Assembly: GCF_018350175.1 (NCBI RefSeq) | Contig: NC_058383.1 | Coordinates: 4,154,001-4,218,000, forward strand | Length of the DNA stretch: 64,000 bases | DNA from: Felis catus | Taxonomy: Eukaryota | Direction of reading: 5' to 3' | Shown: one piece after another, positions 1-13,949 of the stretch | Position numbering within the stretch: position 1 is the stretch's first letter | Layout of the letters: each line of letters starts with the position of its first letter | Program-made: the position numbers and the translations under genes | Notes under the pieces: generated by a model | What the model was told of the DNA's origin: nothing | The model's input: only the letters and a program-made list of their open reading frames with translations | Databases searched by the model: none

Positions 1-149
1 ACCCGAGAGGCCAGCCTCTCAACGAGACAGACACGGACCAGAGAGGTCAGGGGGCTGAAGAGCACAGAACCCCCGAAGAGATGGCAAGGGCAAGTCAGGA
101 GAAAAGGGAGCTGCAGAAACCCAAACGTGGAAACAGTCCTTTCTCCGCG

Positions 150-579
150 AAGTTTATGAAAAGAGAACACGGATACCAGCAAATGTGGTAAGAAACAAAA
201 TCAGATAAAAACAAGAAGACGGGACACAAAAAGTTGGGGGGGAAGAAAAACATGCAGAGAATAAGAAAAAAGTCTAGGAATTTCTTACACGACAGCAGGA
301 ATTTCAAAACTTCAGTAGATGGAAGGGCCAGAAGGTCGGGGTTAGTTGAGGAAATCTCCCGAGAGGTTGAACAAAAAGGTGAAGAAACAGACGATAGGAA
401 TAAAGATAACAGGCACCACAGGCCAGCACGCGGTCCCAGGGAGTGCTGCAGGGGACAGGGAGTGGCTCCTGGAGAGCCACACACGGAGTTTCCAGAACAA
501 AGGAAATTTGCTTCACAAAGCCCTCAGGCCCCAAACGCCCAGCAACACACACACAGAGACACTCAGAGACACATACACA

Positions 580-625
<46 letters not shown>

Positions 626-1050
626 CACACACAGCCGTGCATAGAGACATGCACAAAAACAGATATACACAAAGACAGACACACACAAACCCACATGAAA
701 TTCCAGATCTAGGAATAATGAGAACACCCTCAAAGTTTCCAGAGAGAAAGCAGGGCTCCTACAAAGATGTAGTTTTAACAATGACCTCAAATTTAGACGT
801 CGACAGCCAGATAAAAATGGAAGGCACGGTGACTTTGAAAATTATTTCCAACCTTGACTTTATCCCCAGCTCAACTATCTTTTAAGAACATGCCAAAATA
901 AAGCCATCTCAAGCATGCGTGTACTAGAGGGATTGACCTCCTAGGATCCTCTCTCAGAAAGCTACAGAAAGATTCTCCACGGAAACGAGGGAACGGAACA
1001 AGGAAGAGAAAGACGCGGATGAAACACAGGAGCTGGAGAAAGGGAATTCT
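150..1050 (+). mobile_element. Ancient L1/HAL1 ORF1-like relic
   Basis: A-rich degenerate sequence resembling L1 ORF1 (aaagtttccagagagaaa...tatccccagctcaactatc); boundaries approximate. Confidence 0.5.
544..686. repeat. (CA)n microsatellite with degenerate flanks
   Basis: Pure (AC)n run at about 581-621. Confidence 0.95.
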
Positions 1051-1531
1051 GAGTGATCCCCAGGGGATGGACCAAGAGTGACCCTGCCATGGTCTCTCTG
1101 GGGCAGGGGGGCGGGGGAGACTTCCTGCCCGGCATCCGTGTTCCACCTCCTGGATGGGTGTGGATGTCGGGCCACAGCGGGTACGCTGTATCTGCCATCT
1201 GGCTGTTGGTCTGAAGAACGAACATCCGGAGCTCAGCTCCTGGAAACGTCAGTTTTGCGCCGTGTGAGGATCTGTGGTTTCTGTCCAACGCCTGCAGCTT
1301 CTGGGGCACCTGTTATTTATGTCAGCCTTGCTTCCCATCTCTTACTCGGCTAACAACACCCCGGTTTTCCCGGGGTGGCCACCGTCTCCTCTCCCGGGTC
1401 ACAAGTGGAATCAGAAAGCCAACCTCACTTGCTGGTGTCGGGAACGAGCACGCGACCCAGGCTCGAGGACGAGACTCACAGCGGCCGAAGAAATCCACGT
1501 GAGCCGAGCCAGTTTCGGGGGCCCCGTTCTA

Positions 1532-2140
<609 letters not shown>

Positions 2141-2466
2141 TCAGAGCCTGGGGAGCTGCTGGCGTGCGGTCTGAACCTGGGGCGAGGCTCTCCCCTTCTG
2201 CGCCTCGGTTTCCTCATCTGTACAGCTAGGGGGTTCAGATCCAAGAGAGGCCAGCACAGACTGGCTGGCCACGCCCACTGGGGCCTCCCTCAGCGGGCAC
2301 CGCCCTCCCGGGCACCGTTCACCTGGTTCTAGGGAGAAGCAGTCGCAGCTCAGAGAAGCAAAGCAACCCGCCCATAGAGGCCCAGCAAGGCCCCCTGGAC
2401 CCTGGACTGGGGGAGGGTCCGCAGGCTCTGAGGCCGGTGCCGCCCCCCGCCCAGGCCCCCACTCAC

Positions 2467-2584
2467 ATGTCTGGTGAGTGCACCGTCTGCACGTGCCCGG
2501 CATACAGCAGCTTATCATCCATGGGGATAAGCACACGTAAGCCGTCTTTCAGCTCGTCCTTGTCGATGACGCAGGAGCGCGGGG
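2467..2584 (-). CDS. TNRC18: TNRC18 exon (~22), 118 nt, start of Tudor-like region APRSCVIDK...HSPD
   Basis: cctgcag|CCCCGC ... GACAT|gtgagt; phase 1-2. Confidence 0.94.
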
Positions 2585-3229
2585 CTGCAGGGGGACACGC
2601 AGGGAGGCAGGGCTGGAGCCAGGGGGCAGCCGAGAGACCCTCCTTCCGCGCCTAGTGCCTCCCTTCCCCCAGGCCTGCCGGGTGGCAGGGATGCCCCCCT
2701 GCAGGGACATGTGGGGGGGGCCCGTGCGCAGCCCCTCCCCTCCTGGCCCAGGCCCCTGCAGAGATCCCGGGCAGGTGTGAACCAAGTGTGATCACCTACA
2801 CAAGCCACCCTTCCTCCACCCAAAGACCACCACCCTTGGGGCCTGGGCGTGAGGCCCCAGGTCGTCAGCCCGTCCACCGCTGCCTCTCCCACCAGACCTC
2901 CAGGACTTTCCACTGGTGTTTTCTCTTCCTGGAATGCTATGTGTCGTGGTGGAAACCAATCCCCGCCTTGGCCAAACTTCCAGGCCAGGCTTTCCACGTT
3001 CCTCACCTGTCCTCAGCTGAAAGCTGCCTCTTCCCCCCCCCCCCCCCCCCGGCTTAGAGGCCACCCCCTCTGGAACCCCCACACCAGATGTTCCCCATTT
3101 TCCTTTTCCACACTGACCACACTGCTCTGGATTCCAGGGCTCCCTCCTCCTGCCTTGTGAGACCTTGAATCCGGCCCCACCTTGTCATGACCCACACGGC
3201 TCGCTGGCCGGCCCGCTTGTTTCTTCATT

Positions 3230-3649
3230 CCTGCCTGCACGCACACCCCTGCCACAGCCTCACCATGGGCAGAGTGGACACCCACCCCTTGTCGCTGAGT
3301 ATGGCCGTGAGACTTCCTCCGGCCAATGGCACAAGGGTGGGAGTGATCAAATACTGATTCTGAATCTGGGCCTCCAGAGGTCTGGTCAGCTCCCACTTGC
3401 CCTCGTGAGCCTCTGGCAGTACGGCCCCAGGAAGAGCACGCCCCGGCTCACCCACAGGCCCAGGGGGTGAACGGCCCCGGAGTGGAGCTGACCCTGCGTC
3501 TGTGGACCTCCAGCTGTCCTGCTGTTGTGGCAACAAGCCCAGGCGAGGTCAGCCCGGCTGCCTTACAGACCACTGAGACCCATAATGGATACCTACTACC
3601 AGCTACCACTGGGTAACTCTTTGTTACACGGCAACAGCTGACTGATACA
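3230..3649 (+). mobile_element. MaLR LTR relic (MLT1-like)
   Basis: Typical MLT1 3' terminus tttgttacacggcaacagctgactgataca. Confidence 0.6.
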
Positions 3650-4388
3650 CTCCCAATCAGGTGATTAAGTTCCCCAGCCCTGCACATCCTCTTGTTCCAC
3701 ACCCGCCCTACCCAATTCACATCCTCAGTCTCTCCTCAGAGCTCCACACCCCTGGGTCCAGGTGCCAAGTATATGTCATTTACCCGGATGTTCTCCAGGC
3801 ACCCCAGACTCCAGCCAGCAAAGTGTGGCATGTGATCTCTCCCTGCTCCCCCTACACGCCCACCCCACCACCACCCACACTCACTCGTTCTGGTCTGCTC
3901 ACACAGCCCCTCTCCCTCTCGCGACGTGCTCAAACCCACCCCATATCCCTCCGTGCTGCCCCTGCCACCATCGCTCACCGGATCCCCGCAAGGGCCTCCC
4001 TACCTGGACTCCTGTCCCCCTCAGGGCCACCCCCAAGTCATTCTATATAAAGCAGTCAGCACTTTCCCAAACCAGTCCGACTGTCCTCATCTACTTCCAG
4101 CCGCGGACAGCTTCTTATTTTCATTAGGGCAAACTGTGACCACGGCCCAGAGATGGGGCCGTCTGCCTCTCCCTCCTCCCCCACCCAGCTTACTAAACCA
4201 GAGCCAAGCCGGCCTCTCTGGGTTTACCACAGACACCATGCCCCCACCCAACCTCAGGGCCCCTGCACATGCCCACTCCCTGGGGTAGCTCAGCCCCTGC
4301 CCACTGCTTCCCCAGGGGGACCTCCAGCCACCCCCACCCCCACCCCCACGCTCTGGGCCTGAGCCGACAGGGCATCGAGGGCACTTAC

Positions 4389-4530
4389 CTGGAGTCAGTG
4401 GCCGCTCCGCAGCCCCACCACGTGGCAGGTGCTCATCCTCAGAGAAGCTCGAGTCCTGATTGGGCTCAAAGTCCTCCTCTGCAGCCATGCTCTCCATCAG
4501 CTTGCTCACGGCTCCCCCCTTCCCCCGGTT
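4389..4530 (-). CDS. TNRC18: TNRC18 exon (~21), 142 nt, NRGKGGAV...RPLTP
   Basis: tccccag|AACCGG ... CCAG|gtaagt; phase 0-1. Confidence 0.95.
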
Positions 4531-4755
4531 CTGGGGACAGAGCACAGCAGACCCACGGCTCGGGGCACGCCGTGCAAGTCCCGCTGCTTAGGACCCTCCC
4601 TGGAAACCCCGGAGTCTCTGTCAGGCCGCAGGGGCATCTGCCACGTGAGTGGTGGGGCCGAGGGGGTGGTGTCCGTGAAATCGGCAAGCAACCCGAGTGG
4701 CCAGGGCCTGCCTGCGTGGGCTGAGACAGCACTTCCGGACACACATGGGGGGGGG

Positions 4756-4956
4756 GGGGCGGAGCCTGGGGTCTCAGTCACTTGCATGTCCAACTTCGCC
4801 TTAGGTCATGATCATGGCTTGTGGTTTCTAATCCCGCATGGGGCTCTGTGCTCACAGCTCAGAGCCTGGAGCCTGCTTCAGATGGTCTCCCCTCTCTCTG
4901 CCCCTCCCCCTCTCATGCTCTGTTTCTCTCTCTCAAAAATAAACATTAAAAAAAAA
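4756..4956 (+). mobile_element. CAN-SINE (SINEC, felid type)
   Basis: tRNA-derived head, gagcctggagcctgcttc core, (CT)n, A tail. Confidence 0.88.
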
Positions 4957-5060
4957 CCAGCCTGCTGGGGACAAGGTGGTGTGGGGGGTGGGCACGCCCA
5001 GCATGCCCCATCTGGGAGGGACCTATGAGGACCTGGCTCCTGGGGCACCGCGAGCCTCAC

Positions 5061-5216
5061 CTCCTTTTTCACCTCCTTCCCTTTGGCCTTGGCCTTGCTC
5101 CTCTTGGCAGTGGCCGGAGAGCTGGTGTGGGGCGCCCGGGCCTCTGGGGGCAGGGCGGGAACACGGGGCGGGGGCAGCGCCGCCCCTCCTGAACTGGCCT
5201 CCTTCCCCTTCTTCTT
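5061..5216 (-). CDS. TNRC18: TNRC18 exon (~20), 156 nt, KKKGKEAS...KEVKKE
   Basis: tcccccag|AAGAAG ... AAGGAG|gtgagg; phase 0-0. Confidence 0.93.
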
Positions 5217-5299
5217 CTGGGGGAGGAAGCAACAGAGGTGCCATCACAGGCCGTCCTCGCCATCCCGGGAAAGGAACGAAACCCCTTCCCTCCCCTCCC

Positions 5300-5770
5300 C
5301 CAAATACGTTTGTTTTTCATCTTTTCTTCATTTTAACTGCTTCATTATTACTATATGTTGCTTATTGTAAAAAAAAAAAAAAATCACCAAAGTGCATATA
5401 GGTGCAACTTCCTCTCCAATGAATCCTGTCAAGTGCCCAGCGCTAACTAGAGTCACTAGTGGCTGTGTGGTGTACCCTTCCGGAGCTTTCCAAAAGCACA
5501 TACAACGGAGTAAATACACAGGCTATGAAGATACATTTGTGCGCAAACGGTATTTTTTTTTTTTAACACAAATGGGAATTTGCCAAATGTCCTGCTTTGC
5601 AACTTTCCCTCCCAAGTACGTCTGATATAGAGACTGCTTAGCTTTGTTTTTAACAGCTGCTCAATGTGCAGCTGTGGGAGGGGGCGCCATTCATTCAACC
5701 GCCCTCCCACAACCCGGTGATGGATGCATCGGCTGCCTCCATTTTAACACGCTTCCAAATGAAGCCACAA
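5300..5770 (-). mobile_element. Old L1M 3' relic
   Basis: Degenerate match to the reverse complement of L1M 3' ends; boundaries approximate. Confidence 0.45.
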
Positions 5771-7488
5771 AAAACCAGGATGGTGCCGGGTGGTCCCACA
5801 GGCACGTTCCTGGAAGAAGGACGAAGACCCTTTCGGCTGCGGCGGGTCACTTGGGGCGTGCCTGAGTAACTCTGAGCTCAGCCACGCCCACCCCAGCTCC
5901 AAGCCCCGCCCCCAGGTGGTAAGGGGCGAGGGGCCGCTCGCTGCGTATGGGTCCGCATTCAGCCACGCCCACCCCAGCCTCGCTGCTCCCTGCCCCCACC
6001 ACAGGGCCGGGTGGAGGCTCCGCGGATTCTCTGCACTCAGCCCCGCCCCCCATGGTGGGGTGAAGGGGCCGCTCCTCGTCCGCAGCCTCGAAACCAGTCC
6101 AACCCCACGGGCATGGCTTCGTTGATCAGAGCAAAGCACTGGAAACAACCTGTCTGTCCTGCGGCCTGTCAGGGAAACACTGGGGCATCTACAGATACAG
6201 TTACAAGCTTTTGCTACAGCGTCTGAGAGTCCTCCAGGAAGAGGCAGGGGGCGCCGTGGCCAGGACAACAAAGTGGGGATACTTGGCGCCAGAAGGAAGC
6301 TCAGACTATAATCTCCGTGACCCAGGGGAGGTGGGCGGCAGGGGGCAAGAGGTAACTTTATGCTTTTTAAAAGACACATTCCTGAAACAAAACAACCAAG
6401 TCAAAGGACTGGAGGATGTGGGAAATTAAGAAATATAAAAAAAAACACTGGACAAATGTTACCAAGACCACAGCGGAAGTCACAACTTCCTATCAGACAA
6501 GTGACATTCGCAGCAAACAGCATTATAAGGGTCAAAACAGACAGTGTTACAGGGATAGGAGGTATTCAGTCTGGATCCCCATTTGGGAGAGGGAAATACA
6601 TATACGATTATATTTTCTTGTTTCTGATGCATCATGCCTTAATCCTGTTCACATTTCTGAAATCGAAGGCATCCAGGGGGTCGAAGGAACCACCTTTCTC
6701 CACAAACACCTGCTGAAAACGGACAGCTCACTGGATGGCCTCTACCTTCGCAGCTGTGCACATGGGGCCAGCAGAGGACAGCAAGCAAAGCTCTGAGTGG
6801 ACTTGTATTTGCTTCCTTTTCTGTATCTCCAAGGCAGTGTTATCATCAGGTATCACTGAGACCTCTTTCTTTCCCACTGATGAGAGAGCCCTTTTCTGGG
6901 AACCTTATTATTATTATTCGAGTAAGGAAAGAACTCCAACAAGGTCTGTACCCAGAACAGACATGGTCACTGCCATGGTCATTACGGCAGGAAAATACCA
7001 TCCTCAACCCAATCACCGCATGGTTGATGGCAGCAGAGAATGAAAACCAAGGGGTGGGTGCAGATGGAGGGATGTTATTCAGCCATTTAGAAATATTGAT
7101 TTAAAAAAAAAAAGTAAAATAAGGCTGATGGCAAGTGAGAATATCCAAGTCTAAAAAAGCGGGATACAAAAGCGGGTCTCAAAACACTATGAACAGTGGT
7201 TGCTCCTGTGGTGACTTCACTGGCATCTGATTTCTTTTGTTGACAATTAGTCTCTCCTGTTCTAGTCTCTTACTGTGTCATCAGAAGGCTGGGATTGGGT
7301 GAGCCCCCGATCTTCTCCCCAGCAGAAGGTACCATATCTTGGCAAAGGGCCCAGGGGGCAGCATGGCCCGGGGCGGGTGTTCAAAGCTTAGCTGGGACGC
7401 TCAGTAGCTGCCGTGACCTTGGGCAAGTTACAAGGCCACCTGTGCAGTTAACATGAGTAACCTACCTCGCAGGGTTTTGTGAGCACTC

Positions 7489-8190
7489 TGTTGGGACACA
7501 GTAAGAAATACCTACTTGGTCTCTGCCCCTGGTTCCTGACAAAGAGCTCCTGAACCCCTTGGAATTTCCTGGATCACAGGAGAGTCTTTTGTCCTAATGA
7601 GGCGACTGTGGGTAAGTCCCTAGCTGGCCTCGAAACGGGGGCGGCTCACGAGAAACACCAAGCCAGGAGAAGCCAGGAACTCTGAGTTCCAATGCCCCCC
7701 ATCCTCCGGGGCAGGGAGAGGGTCCAGAGATGGAGTTAATAACCGATCCTGCCAACGTGATGAAGCCTCCATAAAACCCTGAATGACGGGGTTTGGGGAG
7801 CTTCCAGGTCGGTGACGGTGCTGGAGAGGCGGCGCACCGGGAAAGGGCACGGACGCCCACACCCTTGCCCCATCCCTTGCCCTGGGCATGTCTTCTATCC
7901 AGCTGTTGCTGAACCGTATCCTTTCTAGTAAACAGTAATATTAAGTGAAGTGCCTCCCAGGGGTTCTGGGAGGCCCCCTGGCGAGTCACAGACCCTGAGA
8001 AGCGGGTCCTGGGAACCCCCAGTACACAGCTGGTGTGTCCGCCAGAAGCACAGGTGACACCCTGAACTTGGAACTGGCGCGCAGAGTGGGGGCCGGGCCC
8101 TCTGCCTGTGGGGTCTGTGACAAGCCTGGGGAGTCGGGGCCAGAAGTGTCCTGAGTGGAGAAAAGGAGTTGTCCTTCACCAGTCGAAGTA
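7489..8190 (+). mobile_element. MER21-like solo LTR
   Basis: Starts with TG; ttggtctctgcccctggttcctg...ctaatgag...tgaagcctccataaaaccc match MER21-family motifs. Confidence 0.75.
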
Positions 8191-8587
8191 GCAGAGGTGC
8201 TCAAGGGGTGGGACCTGGCCTGGGCCCTGCCTCAGACCATCTGGTGTGATCACCATGAGCTGTACATACTATTCCAGCACCTTCCCTCCGAGGCCCGGAG
8301 AAACCTGAGAGGGCTTCAGCTGTGGGCAGACAGGTGGGCGCCAATCACCGTGGACGACACCGGAAGACAGCCACTTCCTCACTAGCCCCGTCACCGGGAA
8401 ATCAGTGCCAACCCTCATCCCTCTTCTCGACTTCCTACATAGAACATCACCGGTATTTGAGAGATCGTCCTCCATCGGGGACGGGGATGGGGAGGTCTGA
8501 ATGCAACCAACCAAAGGGGGTGGCTTCCTAGCAGCCAGTGCAAGAAGGGTCTGACTGTCCTACGGTTCTTAGAAAGCAAGCATTTTA

Positions 8588-9183
8588 GGGGCGCCTGGGT
8601 GGCTCAGTCGGTTAAGTATCCAACTAAGGCTCAGGTCATGATCTCATGGATCATGGGATTAAGCTCCGTATCAGGGTCCATGCTGATAGCACGGAGCCTG
8701 CTTGGGATTCTTTCTCCTCTCTCTACCCCTCCCCAACCTGTGCGCACGCTCTCTCTCAAAACTGAATAGGGGCGCCTGGGTGGCTCGGTCGGTTGAGCGT
8801 CCAGCTTTGGCTCAGGTCACGATCTCATGGTTCGTGAGTTCGAGCCTTGCGTCAGGCTCTGTGCTGACTCAGAGCTTGTTTCCTATTCTGTGTCTCCTTC
8901 TCTCCTGCCCCTCCTCTGCTCCCACTCTGTCTCTCTCTCTCTCAAAAATAAATAAACATTTAAAAATTTAAGGGGCGCCTGGTTGGCTCAGTCAGTTGAG
9001 TGGCCGACTTTGGCTTGGTCATGATCTCAAGGTTCATGGGTTCGAGCCCTGCATCAGGCTCGCTGAGGTCAGCCTGTAAGCGCAGAGCCAGCTTCAGATC
9101 CTCCGTTCCTGTCTCTCTGCCCCTCCCCTGCTTGTCACTTGTGTCCTCCCAAAAAATAAACGTTAAAAAAAAAAAGAAACAAA
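8588..9183 (+). mobile_element. Three head-to-tail CAN-SINEs (starts at 8588, 8769, 8972)
   Basis: Three ggggcgcctgg heads, each followed by body, (CT)n and A-rich end. Confidence 0.93.
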
Positions 9184-9407
9184 TGGAGGTGTCCAGTGTT
9201 TTGATAACTGCACTCAGAGGTCCCTGCACCTCACTCGCGCGTGAGGACTGCGCCTGAGACAGGAACTAAGAGCTGCTCTGAGGCCGGGTCTGAACGCGCG
9301 CTGCCGGCAGGGCTCCAGGGGCCAGTGGCTGGGAGGAGTCAGGCCCGCCTTCGGGGCCCCCTCCCGCTGCTCCCACCGCCCCCCCCCCCCCGCACTGAGG
9401 GCCCTAC

Positions 9408-9838
9408 CTTTCTGGGGTCCTTCCTGTCCTTGGCGCGGCCGGCGTCCTTCCGAGGGCTCAGCGGGCCACCCTTGCTGCAGCGGCTGGGCTTGGTGGCCGC
9501 GGGGGCTGCGCTGCTGGGTGCCGGAGCCGCGGCCGAGGCGTCATGCAGGAAGATGCGCTCGCTGCGCCGCCTTGTCCACAGGTCGTCATCGCTGGCCTCG
9601 GGCCCCGCCTCGAAGCCAGGCTCCTTGGCGCCCCGTAGCCTGCGGGCCTTGCGCCCTTTCTCTGCCGCCAGCTTGGCCTTGTCGGGGCCAGCGGGGCCGG
9701 GGCCCCGGGCGCTGGGTGCGGGCGCGGCCAGGGAGGGGCCCGGCTCCCCCAGTCCCTTCTTGGGCCGCAGCAGCCCGGCAGGCGACCGCTTCCGCACCTT
9801 GACCTCACTCTCCGAGTCCGTGTACTCAAACTCCGTGC
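9408..9838 (-). CDS. TNRC18: TNRC18 exon (~19), 431 nt, GTEFEYTD...KDPRK
   Basis: gcatccag|GCACGG ... AGAAAG|gtaggg; phase 1-0. Confidence 0.95.
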
Positions 9839-11741
9839 CTGGATGCGGACAAGGGCAGGGGCTGTGGACGGGGGCTCCTGGGACCCTTGCTTCCCACCCA
9901 CCCAGATGCCCTGGCCACCAGCAGAAGGCCACCGTCCCACCCTTCCTCCAGGGCACCTCGCTGCCCACGGGAGGCTTCTTGTATCCAGGAGAGGAACAGG
10001 GGCCCAGAGGAGGAAGACTCACCTGCCACACACCTGTGAGTGGCAGGTCCTGCTGGCCCTGCTGCTGTCCCAAACCCCCCTCGGCTGCCCAGACTCAACT
10101 CCCTGGGAATGTGACAATCCCTGCCCGGGGCCCCCATGAGCTTCCCCACTGCCTCCTCCATGCCCGGTGGGAATCCCAGAAGCCAGGGCAGGCTGGGGAG
10201 GGCCCGAGGCCCCGCAGGGGCAGCAGGTCCACGGGAGGCATGCGGAAAGCCCGTGTGAAATCCCCAAGCCGGGTGGGGCCTCTCCTCTACTTCCTGGTGC
10301 CTCTTCTCAAGAGCTGGAAGGTCCCTGGCACCCGCTCCTCTTCTAGAGGGCAGCCCTCACCAAACTCAAAGCCCTGGGGCCCAGCTGCCTCCTGTCAGCC
10401 GAGGCTCTCCCTTCCGGCAGACACGAGGCCAGCCTTGATCCCAACCCTCGAGCCCCTGGGCTCCCTGAACACAGACCCTCTCCCCAACACCCTGCTGTGC
10501 TCTGTCCCTTCCAACCTCCGGGCCTTTGCTGCTGCTGGTCCCTCTACCTGGGGCACCATTTCTCCCCTGACCTCGACCTGGAAATCCACGGCCTCCTAGC
10601 GGAGAAGACACACTGAGCACCCGGGAAGATCCTCTGTCCACACCTCCATCACCGCAGGCACACACCCCACCGGAGGGGGCTCCCATCCATGTCTGTCTAT
10701 CCGGTCCCGCCCTGTGCCCCGGAAGCAGATCCCCAGTTTTACTACTGCAGGCCTGATGACCCCTGGGAAGCCGACAGCCTGCCCACAAGGCCTCCTCGAG
10801 GAGGCCGGGTCCCATCGCCCAACAGATGCAGCCAGGCTGGGAGGGGGCACACTCCCTGGGAGGGACCCACTTGCAAAGCTTAATGATCCCATTAATTAAG
10901 CTTTTGTTAACGGACTTCCCACCGCACAGGGAGGCAGCTGGGGGCTCTCATGGCTGATCAGGGTGCAGGCCATAAAAGGCTGGGGTTCTGCTGCCGGGTT
11001 TGACCCACCTGATAACAGCCCCCTGCAGAAAGCCGGAAGGAAACCCCCAGGCAGCGAAACGCTGCAGGTGAGCCGCGTAGGGAGCAGGGCCAGAGAACGG
11101 ACAGAGCAGCGACGGGCAGCGGACACTTGCAAGTGTGGAGTAAGGTCGGCCCGGGGGACAAATACTTATGAAGCCAGTGGGGCAGCATGAATGGTGCCTG
11201 GGACACAGGAAACGGGCTCTGTGAGGGGACAGGCCTGTCCTCGAGTGGTGACACGCAGGAAGCCCAGAGAGAGGGGAGGACGTGCCGAGCCCTCACCGCC
11301 CACAGGGCCACGGCAGGGAGCAGAGTCCGTGTCTGTGATGCCCACCCAGTGTCCTGTGCTCCTGCCTCCGCCCCCAAGAAATACGGTAACAAAGGAGGAA
11401 CAGACAACAAAAAGCACAAAAAAAATAAAACAGAAGGGTGAGACCCAAAGAGATTGCAAGTCAAAGGATGGAAAAGATAACCCATCCAAACACTAACCAA
11501 AAAGAGCTGAATAAGCATAAATATAAACATCAGACAAAACTGACCTTCCTTAAGACAAAACTTGTTACTAGAAACAAAGGATATATTTACATAATAAATG
11601 GCCAACTCACTAGGAAGATACAACAATTCACAAACATACATGAGCATAATCCAGAAATAGGTAAAAAAAGATTATACACTATGACCAAGGGGGATTTATT
11701 CCAGAATACAAGGTTGGTTCGACGTGTAAGAAAATTAACGT

Positions 11742-11951
11742 GAGGGTGCCTGGGTGGCTCAGTCAGTTGAGCATTTGACGCTTGGTTACGGCTCACGTCA
11801 TGCTCTCACGGTTCACAGGTTCAAGCCCCGTGACCAGCTCTGTGCTGACAGTGTGAAGCCTGCTTGGGAATCTGTCTCTCCCTCTATCCCTCTGTCCCCT
11901 CCCCTGCTCACTCACCCTCTCGCTCTCTCAAAAATAAATATTTTCAAAAAA
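11742..11951 (+). mobile_element. CAN-SINE inside L1
   Basis: gggtgcctgggtggctcagtcagttgagc head, A tail. Confidence 0.9.
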
Positions 11952-13586
11952 TCAGTGTAATATACCGTAATAAAGGACAAAAACCACAGGAATACCTCCA
12001 TAGACGCAGAAGAAGTAACTGACCAAACCTAACACCCTTTCGTGATAAAATCACTCCAACTGGGAAAAGGAGGAAATTCCTTCCACCTGACAAAGACAGC
12101 CATAAAAAAGCCACCAGTAACATCATACCTAATGGTGGCAGAATGAATATTATCAACCCCTGTGATCAGAAGACAAAGATCCCCGTTCTCGCCACTTCCG
12201 TTCAACATTGTCCAGAATATTGTAGCCAAGGCAATTAGGCTACAAAAAGAAAGAAAAGGTATACCCATCCGCCGCTCTATTTGCAGATGACATGATCTTG
12301 TATTATAGAAAACACTAAGGAATCTACTAAAACCCTATTAGAACGAACAAATGAGTTCAGCGAGGTCACAGGATACAAAATCAATATACAAAAACCACTT
12401 GCATTTCTATACACTGGCAGTGAACACTCCAAAAATGAAAAGAATCCATTTACAATAGCATCAGAAAAACAAATACTTAAAACTAAGTTTAACAAAAGGA
12501 GTCCTAGAGTTGTACAGTGAAAATTATGAAATGTTGTTGACAAAAATTAAAGACACAAGTGGAAAGACATCCCATGTTCCTGGATTAAAAAACTTCCATT
12601 GTCAAGATGCCAACACTCCCCGATTTAGCACCATTCCTAATCAGAATCCCAGGTGGCTTTTTTGCAGCAATTCACAAGCTAATCCCCAAATCCCTATGGA
12701 ATGCAAACGACTCTGAGGCACCAAGGCAATCCTGAAAAAGGAGAACAAATATGGAGGACTCCTACTTCCCAATTTCAAAGCTTCCTACAATAATTCCTCC
12801 AGTAATGAAGACAGGATGCTACTGGGCTAAGAACAGACATAGAGATCAATGGACTAGAACTGAGGGTCCAGAAATAATCCTTCATATTTAGGTTCCGCTG
12901 ATCTTTCACAAGGGCACCAAGAGTGTGCAATGGGAAAAGAACGGACTTCTCAACACATAGGATACTGGGTCAAATGGATCTTCACGTGCAAAGGCCCCTC
13001 CATCACTCCATACACAAAAAATCAACTCAAAATGGATCACAGACCTAACTGTAAGTCACAAACCATAAAACTCTTCAGTGAAAACAGGACTAAATCTCTG
13101 TGACCTTGGGTTAGGCAATACTTGTTTGCATAAACGCCCGAAGTGCAAGTGATCTCTCTGGACTTCATGTAAATTGGAAACCGTTATTTCAAACAACCCA
13201 AGAGAATAAACAGACAACTTACAGAATGGGAGAAAACACTCGCGAAGCACAGTCAGAGTTACAGGCAGAATGTACAAAGAGCTCGTAACAACAAAATGAC
13301 AACCCAATTAAGAAATAGGGATTTAAATAGGCACCTCTCCAGACATACAGACGGCCGAGCAACATGAAAGGCTGCTCACCATCATCGGGAGAAATACATA
13401 TCAAAACCACAAAACAACGTAACGACAAGAAGGGGGATGTGAAGAAACTGGAACTCCCACAGGCTGTTGGTGGGAATATAAAATGGTGAGACCACTTTCG
13501 AAAACGGTTTGGCAGGTCCTCAAAAGGTTAAACGTTAAGTTACCAAATAACCCAGTGATTTTACCCTTAGATTTGTAGCCAGAACA

Positions 13587-13780
13587 GGGGCGCCTGGGTG
13601 GCTCAGTTGGTTACGCATCCGACTTCAGCTCGGGTCATGATCTCACGGTGTGTGAGTTCGAGCCCCAGGGCGGGCTCTGTGCTGACACCTCGGAGCCTGG
13701 AGCCTGCTTCGGGTTCTGTGTCCCCTCTCTCTCTGACCCTCCCTCTCCCCCCCTCTCAGAAATGAATAAACATTGAAAAA
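13587..13780 (+). mobile_element. CAN-SINE inside L1
   Basis: Head plus TSD tgtagccagaac / tgcagccagaac. Confidence 0.92.
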
Positions 13781-13949
13781 CAATGCAGCCAGAACTGAAA
13801 ACATGTCCACACAAAAACGTGTACATAAATATTCAGAGCTGCATTATTCACGATAGCCCCCAAACAGAAACAAAAACAAAAGAGTAGATAAACAAAATGT
13901 GGTATACTCATAAAATGGAGTATTATATAGACATAAAAAGGTTTGAAGT

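Noticed and set aside
234..790. ORFs with HTHT/CVCV repeats
   Set aside because: Translations of a (CA)n microsatellite.
8588..9183. tRNA genes or a CRISPR-like repeat array
   Set aside because: These are tRNA-derived CAN-SINE heads; there is no cloverleaf gene or repeat-spacer architecture.
9241..10599. 452-aa plus-strand ORF
   Set aside because: Antisense to exon ~19 plus GC-rich intron; stop-poor by composition.
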